From: Bdellovibrionia bacterium
Lineage (GTDB): Bacteria; Bdellovibrionota; UBA1018
Assembly (NCBI GenBank): GCA_049424145.1
Contig: JBMSSC010000080.1
Location: 1-12,865, forward strand
Reading direction: 5' to 3'
Length of the DNA stretch: 12,865 nt
Below the pieces are notes generated by a model, which saw only the letters and a program-made list of their open reading frames with translations, did not search any database and was not told where the DNA came from. Both the position numbers and the translations under genes were made by a program. Below, piece after piece: positions 7,116 to 12,865 of this stretch (the first letter of the stretch is position 1; every line of letters starts with the position of its first letter).

Positions 7116-7201
7116 AGTTGAACCTGCTGTTGAACCCACGTAAGCTCAAAGATGTGGTGATGATGGGAACCTAGGGAAGGGGTCTCAGAAAAAATTCAGT
7201 A

Positions 7202-7243
7202 GCCCCAGTGAATTCAGGATGAACCCTCACTGGGGCGATTTTT
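7202..7243 (+). terminator. GC-rich hairpin with short U tract, possible intrinsic terminator after rsmI
   Basis: GCCCCAGTGA (7202-7211) / TCACTGGGGC (7227-7236) forms a perfect 10-bp stem with an inner TTCA/TGAA stem, followed by GATTTTT. Confidence 0.55.
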
Positions 7244-7254
7244 CACATCAAATC

Positions 7255-7283
7255 TTGCCTGAAAAGAAATACCCTGTTAAGTT
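7255..7283 (+). promoter_or_regulatory. Putative sigma70-type promoter for accD-lptD-SIS
   Basis: TTGCCT (7255-7260), 17-nt spacer, extended TG (7275-7276), TAAGTT (7278-7283). Confidence 0.55.
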
Positions 7284-7292
7284 TTTGAGCAA

Positions 7293-8171
7293 ATGGCATG
7301 GTTTGATGATCTTAAGACTCCAAGAATCAAGTCCCAAGTGTCTCAGCGACCCTCGAAAGTTCCTGAAGGACTTTGGATAAAGTGTAGCTCGTGTGGAGAA
7401 ATCCTTCAGACGAAAGTGCTCAAAGATGCGTTTCAGGTTTGCCCGGAATGCAACTTTCATTTCAGAATGTCAGCAGCAGAGCGAATCGCCCTGCTGACCG
7501 ATGAGGGAAGTTTCGATGAGTACGGCGAGAACCTCGTCTCGCTTGATCCGCTTGAGTTTGATGATCTCAAACCCTACAAGTCCCGACTGCGTGCTGCGGC
7601 TCATTCAACCGGAATTCGAGACGCCTTTGTCGTGGGAAAAGCCAAACTCGGTGGACTACCTTATCACTTGGGCGTATTTGAATTTAAGTTCATGGGCGGA
7701 AGCATGGGCGTTGTGGTGGGGGAAAAAGTCACTCTTCTTTTGGAGTCGGCTTTAAAGGATCGTCTGCCTGCCGTCGTGGTTTCCGCTTCTGGGGGCGCCC
7801 GAATGCAAGAGGGGATTCTCTCGCTCATGCAAATGGCCAAGACCACAGCCCTCATCAGTCAGCTCAGGCAACAGGGAATTCCCTACTTATCCGTGCTGAC
7901 CGATCCAACCACAGGTGGAGTGGCTGCCTCATTTGCCATGCTGGGGGATTTGATCTTAGCTGAACCCAAAGCCCTCATTGGCTTTGCAGGCCCCCGAGTC
8001 ATTCAGCAAACCATCCGCCAGCAGCTTCCTGAGGGGTTTCAGCGCAGTGAGTTTCTCATGCAGCATGGATTTGTGGACCGTGTGGTTCCCAGACCTGAGT
8101 TGGCCGGTGAACTTCGCCAATGGATGTGGCGATTGGGGAGACAGACATGCCTCTTCCCAAGCGGGTTATAA
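7293..8171 (+). CDS. accD: Acetyl-CoA carboxylase carboxyltransferase beta subunit
   Basis: VPEGLWIKCSSC...VCPEC zinc ribbon, FMGGSMG, SGGARMQEG, DPTTGGVAASFA, FAGPRVI and LPEGFQRSEFL. Confidence 0.97.
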   Translation: MAWFDDLKTPRIKSQVSQRPSKVPEGLWIKCSSCGEILQTKVLKDAFQVCPECNFHFRMSAAERIALLTDEGSFDEYGENLVSLDPLEFDDLKPYKSRLRAAAHSTGIRDAFVVGKAKLGGLPYHLGVFEFKFMGGSMGVVVGEKVTLLLESALKDRLPAVVVSASGGARMQEGILSLMQMAKTTALISQLRQQGIPYLSVLTDPTTGGVAASFAMLGDLILAEPKALIGFAGPRVIQQTIRQQLPEGFQRSEFLMQHGFVDRVVPRPELAGELRQWMWRLGRQTCLFPSGL

Positions 8172-10507
8172 GCTCCTTTTGGTGGTGGATCAGTTTTAAA
8201 CGTGCAGCCAATCCCCCAGGTTTAATCGGGCTGGGTTTATTCTTCGCCCAGACGGCCTTGGCCATCGGTGGAAAAGAGGCCATTCACTTTTCTGCCGATC
8301 AGCAGATCTGGGATCGAAAAACCAATCAGGTGGAGTTGATCGGTCACGCTGCCGTCACTCAGCCCGGTGAGACACTCACGGCCGATTATATTAAGTTAAA
8401 TTTAGAGGATCGCATCTTAGATGCTCAGGGCCATTGCATCTACATCATGGGGCAAAGCTCCATCTACGGCCATCAGATGCACTTTAATCTGGAGACTCAT
8501 ACCGGGACCGTGATCAAAGGACGCGTGTCCAATGAGAGCTTTACGCTTCGAGGAGAAAAGATCACGCAAGTGGGCCCCCGGCACTATCTCGCTGAGCAGA
8601 GTAGTTATACGACTTGCCATGATTGTGAGGCCAGTTGGAGTTTTGAATCCCAAAAGATCGATCTTGAGTTTGAAGGCTATGGCTACCTCTCAAACGTCAC
8701 CGGACGAATTAAAAATACACCTGCATTTTGGTTTCCTTACCTGATTATTCCTCTAAAAACCAAGCGACAGACTGGGTTTTTATTTCCCTCGATTTCGGCC
8801 TCGGGAAACAATGGGGCCACTTTCGTGCTGCCCTTCTTCTGGGCCATTAGTCGGAGCGCAGATCTGACTTTAGGGCTGGGCGAGTACTCCGCCCGAGGCA
8901 CTCGCGTGGAGAGTGAGACGCGCTATCAGCTCTCAGCGCGCAGCGGGGGAGTCGTTCGCATGTTCTATTTGAACGATCGAAAGAATGAGAGTCTGAGGAA
9001 TCGCTGGGGAGTCGATATTGCTGAAACCCAAGAGCTCCCCTGGGGGATTGATCAAAAATTAAAACTAACGGAAGTGAGCGATAACCTTTACCCCTTCATG
9101 TTTCCCTCGGATGTGCCGGGAGCAGGGGAGGCCTTTCAATCCTCGTATCTAGCCTTCTCCAAGTCCTCGCCTGATTTCAGTGGCTATCTATCGTTTCAAC
9201 GCTATAGAAACCTCCTGAACTCAACGCCTGCCGATCCTCTAGCGCAGAGAAATGGATTTGATTCCAGAACCGTTCAAGCCCTTCCCTCTGCTTTTTTAAC
9301 CACCAATGATCGTTTCCTCTTGGGGACTCCACTGGTCGGAGGCCTCTCCGTAGGCTTCACCCATTTCACTCGTCAAGCAGGATGGTATGATCTGGATCGT
9401 GATCGCTTGGGTTTACCTCTGGGTGCTCCTCTGCCCTCTCATCCTCCCGATTTTTTACCCGGAGTCGATCCCATTCGATCCGCAACTCGAGTTTCAATCA
9501 CTCCATCGGTCTATGCCACTCTTCGCCCTTGGGATCGCTTCTCTTTGGTTCCCTCTCTCCAGTATCGAGGTTTTTTTTATAACTTCGCAGGCTCAGTTCC
9601 CAATCTCAACCGGGGCTACTTGCTGTTTCAAACCGATTTCAGCACCCAATTGGAGCGTATTTTTGAGTTTCCCGACTCTCCTGATACACCGCGGGCTAAG
9701 CACCTGATTCGTCCTTTTCTGACCTACTCATTCATTCCCTTGATTTTAGAAACTCCATCTAACCACCCCTTTTTAGAGCAGATGAAGTCGGCTCAGAAGC
9801 AAAATAAGCTCGGATATAATTTTGATAATCATGATATTGTTCCTGTTACTTATTCTGCCAGTAATGCCAATTACTTCATCCCTCTGGGGAACTCGCTTTC
9901 TTACGGCTTTACGACTCAGTGGGTGAGAAGAAAAGGAAAGCTGGAGCTTCCTCAAGCCTCCTATCAGCGATCAATTGAGTGGAGCACGGGGCAATCCTTA
10001 AACTTTATGGAATTGACTCAGCCCGTTAACCAGAATAAGCCCAATCCCTTCTCCAGGCTTTTTTCAGGCTTACTTTTGAACTTTGATCGTTTCACCTCGC
10101 AAACGACGTATTACTACTATCCTGATATCGATGACGTGAGTGCACGATCCATGATCACCTCAAGACTGAGTTATGTCATGGACAGAGCCGTTCATCAGCG
10201 GGTCTTAAATTTTGATCGGAGTTTCAATCTCTCTTATTCCTACTTTAAACAAGTCAACGCACCCACGTCGAACTTGACAGCGTCGATGAATTTTTCTTTG
10301 AATGATTATGTTTTGCCTACTTTAGAGTTTTCCTATAACTTTGTCACCCGGCAGCTTTTGGGTGGACGATTGAATTTAAGTCTTCAAAGTCCATCACGAT
10401 GCTGGGTTTTTTCAACTAGCGTTGGGTATATCTCGGGGTTGCCTGGGCTGAATTTTAGTTTTAACTGGGCGTTGAACTTGACGGGCTCAGGCTTTTCAGG
10501 GGTTTAG
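8147..10507 (+). CDS. lptD: LPS-assembly outer-membrane protein LptD
   Basis: Signal-like N-terminus ending AQTALA, OstA-like N-domain (LTADYI.LN, YTTC), the P....RQTGFLFP barrel-entry motif, aromatic alternating beta-strands and a late CW motif. ATG 8147 lies 6 nt after GGGGAG; overlaps accD by 25 nt. Confidence 0.88.
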   Translation: MPLPKRVISSFWWWISFKRAANPPGLIGLGLFFAQTALAIGGKEAIHFSADQQIWDRKTNQVELIGHAAVTQPGETLTADYIKLNLEDRILDAQGHCIYIMGQSSIYGHQMHFNLETHTGTVIKGRVSNESFTLRGEKITQVGPRHYLAEQSSYTTCHDCEASWSFESQKIDLEFEGYGYLSNVTGRIKNTPAFWFPYLIIPLKTKRQTGFLFPSISASGNNGATFVLPFFWAISRSADLTLGLGEYSARGTRVESETRYQLSARSGGVVRMFYLNDRKNESLRNRWGVDIAETQELPWGIDQKLKLTEVSDNLYPFMFPSDVPGAGEAFQSSYLAFSKSSPDFSGYLSFQRYRNLLNSTPADPLAQRNGFDSRTVQALPSAFLTTNDRFLLGTPLVGGLSVGFTHFTRQAGWYDLDRDRLGLPLGAPLPSHPPDFLPGVDPIRSATRVSITPSVYATLRPWDRFSLVPSLQYRGFFYNFAGSVPNLNRGYLLFQTDFSTQLERIFEFPDSPDTPRAKHLIRPFLTYSFIPLILETPSNHPFLEQMKSAQKQNKLGYNFDNHDIVPVTYSASNANYFIPLGNSLSYGFTTQWVRRKGKLELPQASYQRSIEWSTGQSLNFMELTQPVNQNKPNPFSRLFSGLLLNFDRFTSQTTYYYYPDIDDVSARSMITSRLSYVMDRAVHQRVLNFDRSFNLSYSYFKQVNAPTSNLTASMNFSLNDYVLPTLEFSYNFVTRQLLGGRLNLSLQSPSRCWVFSTSVGYISGLPGLNFSFNWALNLTGSGFSGV

Positions 10508-10524
10508 ATCAAAAGAGGGAGACG

Positions 10525-11271
10525 ATGGAAGAGAAAAAAATAACGCTTCACTCCTATGGGGATTTGGCTCTAGCTCACTTGTCTCAGTTAGTTGGTCAGA
10601 ATGAGCAGGTGCTCGAGAGCCTAAAGAACGAGTTGGTCGAGCTGGTTTTAGCAAAAAAGTTCCTTTTTGTTTTTGGAAGTGGTCATTCGGCCATTCTGCC
10701 TTTAGAACTCTATCACCGGGCCGGGGGACCTTCGTTTGTGATTCCGATGGTGGCTGATTATCTGCTTCCCACGGCGGGACCTCCCGTGGTGAGACTTTTT
10801 GAGCGATTGCCGCAATCGGCGCAACCGCTCCTGAATCGTCTTGACCCTCAGCCCGGAGAGATGATTTGGTTGATGTCTCAATCCGGGATTAATGCAGCAG
10901 GCGTGGATTTAGCGCTGGAGGCTAAGAAGAGAAATTTAAAAACGGTGGCGTTTACTAGTCGGGCTCACAGCTCCGGAGTTCCCTCTCGTCACCCCTCGGG
11001 GAAAAAACTGTTTGAGGTTTGCGACTGGGTGGTGGATTTAAAAGGAGCCATAGGGGATGCAGCCTTGAGGGTGTCAAATGAGGTCTCTGTGGGTCCGTTA
11101 TCGAGTTTAAGTGCTATTTTTCTGGCGCACAGTGTTTTATCGGCAGTGATTGCCGAGTGTACGGAGCGTGGCATGCTGTGTTCCTATACGAGCGTGAATA
11201 CGCCCGAAGGAGAGCTGAAGAATCAGACGCTTGAAGCTCAGGCCAAGATTCGCGATCCCCTTCTACGCTAA
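10525..11271 (+). CDS. SIS-domain (sugar isomerase) protein of unknown substrate, SIS_2/UPF0309-like
   Basis: FVFGSGHS...ELYHRAGG, SQSGIN, SRHPSGKKL and GDA motifs. GAGGGAG RBS. Confidence 0.82.
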   Translation: MEEKKITLHSYGDLALAHLSQLVGQNEQVLESLKNELVELVLAKKFLFVFGSGHSAILPLELYHRAGGPSFVIPMVADYLLPTAGPPVVRLFERLPQSAQPLLNRLDPQPGEMIWLMSQSGINAAGVDLALEAKKRNLKTVAFTSRAHSSGVPSRHPSGKKLFEVCDWVVDLKGAIGDAALRVSNEVSVGPLSSLSAIFLAHSVLSAVIAECTERGMLCSYTSVNTPEGELKNQTLEAQAKIRDPLLR

Positions 11272-11297
11272 GGCTTTGAGAGGGTTGAGTTGAAGAA

Positions 11298-11326
11298 TTG
11301 ACGATAAAAAAATGCATGCTTAGGTT
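11298..11326 (+). promoter_or_regulatory. Putative sigma70-type promoter for surE-M23
   Basis: TTGACG (11298-11303), 17-nt spacer, TAGGTT (11321-11326). Confidence 0.55.
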
Positions 11327-11364
11327 TCTTGCCTCCTAGGCTAGGGAAGGATTATGATGAAGTT

Positions 11365-12132
11365 ATGAAAATTTTATTATCTAATGATGATGGAGTTCAT
11401 GCGCCGGGTTTAAAAGCGCTTTATCAGGAAGTAAAAAAGTTAGGTGAAGTTTGGGTTGCAGCCCCTTTTGAGGAAAAAAGTACAACAGGTCATTCATTGA
11501 CGATTCATAAGCCTCTTCGAATCATGACCACCGATTCAGGTTTTTATGGAGTGAGCGGGAGCCCTGCGGATTGCATTTACTTGGGTGTGAGGCAAATCAT
11601 GAAGGAAATGCCGGATTGGGTCATCTCAGGGATCAATCGCGGTGCGAATCTGGGCCAAGACGTCTATTACTCAGGAACGGTTTCGGCGGCGCGTGAGGCC
11701 TGTATCTTAGGCATTCCCTCTTTAGCTGTGAGTTTAAATGTGGACTTTGGTCGAACGCAGGAAGAGAAAAAACTTCATTACGAAACGGCCGCAAAGCTTG
11801 CCGTTCAAGTGATTCGAAAGTTAAAAAATCATCCCCTTCCCAAACACACGCTGCTTAATCTGAATGTGCCCGATCTTCCGCTGGCTCAGATTCAGGGGAT
11901 TCGCTCGGTTCGCCAAGGGTTTCGTTACTATAGTGGCGGGATCTTACGGCGCGTCGATCATCGCGGTAAGCCCTACTATTGGGTGGGTGGAAAGTATCAG
12001 GGATTTAAAAAAGATCAGGACACCGATTGTTTTGCCGTGGATCACGGCTATGCCTCGCTGACCCCCCTGAATTTAGATTCAACGGATTATGATTATTTAA
12101 ACAGCTTAGAGGAGCATGTGAAGATCAAATGA
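11365..12132 (+). CDS. surE: 5'/3'-nucleotidase SurE
   Basis: MKILLSNDDGVHAPGL, GSPADC, SGINRGANLG, YSGTVSAAREA, LNLNVP and YYW motifs. ATG 11365 gives the canonical N-terminus. Confidence 0.96.
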   Translation: MKILLSNDDGVHAPGLKALYQEVKKLGEVWVAAPFEEKSTTGHSLTIHKPLRIMTTDSGFYGVSGSPADCIYLGVRQIMKEMPDWVISGINRGANLGQDVYYSGTVSAAREACILGIPSLAVSLNVDFGRTQEEKKLHYETAAKLAVQVIRKLKNHPLPKHTLLNLNVPDLPLAQIQGIRSVRQGFRYYSGGILRRVDHRGKPYYWVGGKYQGFKKDQDTDCFAVDHGYASLTPLNLDSTDYDYLNSLEEHVKIK

Positions 12133-12710
12133 GTCGATGGTTTGCAATTCTTCTTGCTGTGGGGTTGATGATTTCACAACTGGGGTGTAGTTCTGCTCCC
12201 ATCCGGCTTCCGACTCCCACGGTGAGCCTCCGAAAAGGGTTCTGGGATCGTTTACATGCCTCCGCGCGGTCCTCTCATTTTGTTCTTGATGAGTCTCGAG
12301 CGGAGCTTCTTCGAGATTTTAACTGGCCGCTCAAGAAAATTCACGTCACCTCTCAGTTTGGTCAGCGCCATGGGCGTTACCATGAGGGCCTGGATCTGAG
12401 AGCTTCTCACGGTACCCCCGTCTATGCGGCTCAAAACGGACGCGTTCTCTATGCTGCCCAAAGAATCCGAGGCTATGGCAAGATGGTGGTGCTCAAGCAC
12501 CCTGGGGATTTTGCCACCATCTACGCCCATAATTCCAAGCTCCTGGTGAAAAGAAACCAAGTGGTTCAAAAAGGGGAGCTGATTGCCTACAGTGGAAATA
12601 CGGGGAAATCCTACGGCCCTCACCTGCATTTTGAGCTCCGAGCAGGCTATGATCCTGTGGATCCTCTTTCTTACTTAAGTGATCCTCCCACCGCGGTGGC
12701 GTCTCGCTAG
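12129..12710 (+). CDS. Peptidase M23 family metallo-endopeptidase, probable lipoprotein
   Basis: Hydrophobic signal ending SQLG-C (imperfect lipobox), WPL, HEGLD (HxxxD), TIYAH and GPHLHFE (HxH). ATGA overlap with the surE stop. Confidence 0.9.
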   Translation: MSRWFAILLAVGLMISQLGCSSAPIRLPTPTVSLRKGFWDRLHASARSSHFVLDESRAELLRDFNWPLKKIHVTSQFGQRHGRYHEGLDLRASHGTPVYAAQNGRVLYAAQRIRGYGKMVVLKHPGDFATIYAHNSKLLVKRNQVVQKGELIAYSGNTGKSYGPHLHFELRAGYDPVDPLSYLSDPPTAVASR

Positions 12711-12863
12711 AGCTCTGCACCTCTTGGCTCCCCAAGATTCCAAAGTCAGGGGAGTCAGTCCTTTCAGGCATTCTGCAGGAGCCCCAATGGCCTCATCTAA
12801 GGCTTGCCTGAGAATCGGACTTCTCGTTTTGGATCCCCGAGCCGTTTCCGAGCCGCGACGGGT
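12675..12863 (-). CDS. Possible 3' end of a convergent gene entering from the right edge
   Basis: The - strand frame is open for 62 codons (TRRGSETARGSKTRSPILRQALDEAIGAPAECLKGLTPLTLESWGAKRCRALARRHRGGRIT*), overlapping the M23 gene by 36 nt. The other two - frames stop near 12793-12799, so the frame is ambiguous. Confidence 0.25.
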   Translation of the reverse strand, partial: TRRGSETARGSKTRSPILRQALDEAIGAPAECLKGLTPLTLESWGAKRCRALARRHRGGRIT

Positions 12864-12865
12864 GA

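Noticed and set aside
7116..7292. Possible rnpB or tRNA after rsmI
   Set aside because: Too short for RNase P RNA, lacks its conserved GAGGAAAGTCC segment, and shows no tRNA cloverleaf.
7171..11350. CTAGGGAAGG 10-mer at 7171-7180 and 11341-11350
   Set aside because: 10-mer matches are expected by chance, CTAG is common in this window, and the copy at 7171 precedes no ORF.
1718..12771. Remaining short (60-125 aa) nested or antisense ORFs in the track
   Set aside because: Nearly all lie within well-supported conserved genes in other frames (a few extend into intergenic DNA), and none shows a recognisable domain.
1..12865. CRISPR arrays, IS elements, integrases, prophage or defence genes
   Set aside because: No regularly spaced repeats, terminal inverted repeats, or transposase, integrase or phage motifs seen.

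Overview
Bacterial chromosomal housekeeping region, almost all on the + strand: rpsP - khpA - trmD - Tm1570/DUF2168-type SPOUT methyltransferase - rplS - (terminator) - rnhB - DoxX-family membrane protein - CtaA/COX15 heme A synthase - rsmI - accD - lptD - SIS-domain protein - surE - M23 peptidase. A divergent unrecognised ORF runs off the left edge on the - strand and is missing from the supplied ORF track. LptD indicates an LPS-bearing diderm, and the gene order suggests a former-deltaproteobacterial lineage such as Bdellovibrionota/Oligoflexia (inference only). I found no mobile element, CRISPR array, tRNA, rRNA or defence system, and no convincing new multi-gene system. The best leads are: (i) an A7 run at the trmD/SPOUT junction where one extra A or a -1 shift would give a TrmD-Tm1570 fusion; (ii) absence of rimM, ffh, yraN, folC and pcm from their usual slots, with a doxX-ctaA pair between rnhB and rsmI; (iii) structured intergenic leaders before khpA and rplS; (iv) a degenerate hammerhead-like fold inside a non-homologous RNase HII tail; (v) an apparently near-leaderless accD. 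All calls come from reading motifs by eye; no searches or folding calculations were run.
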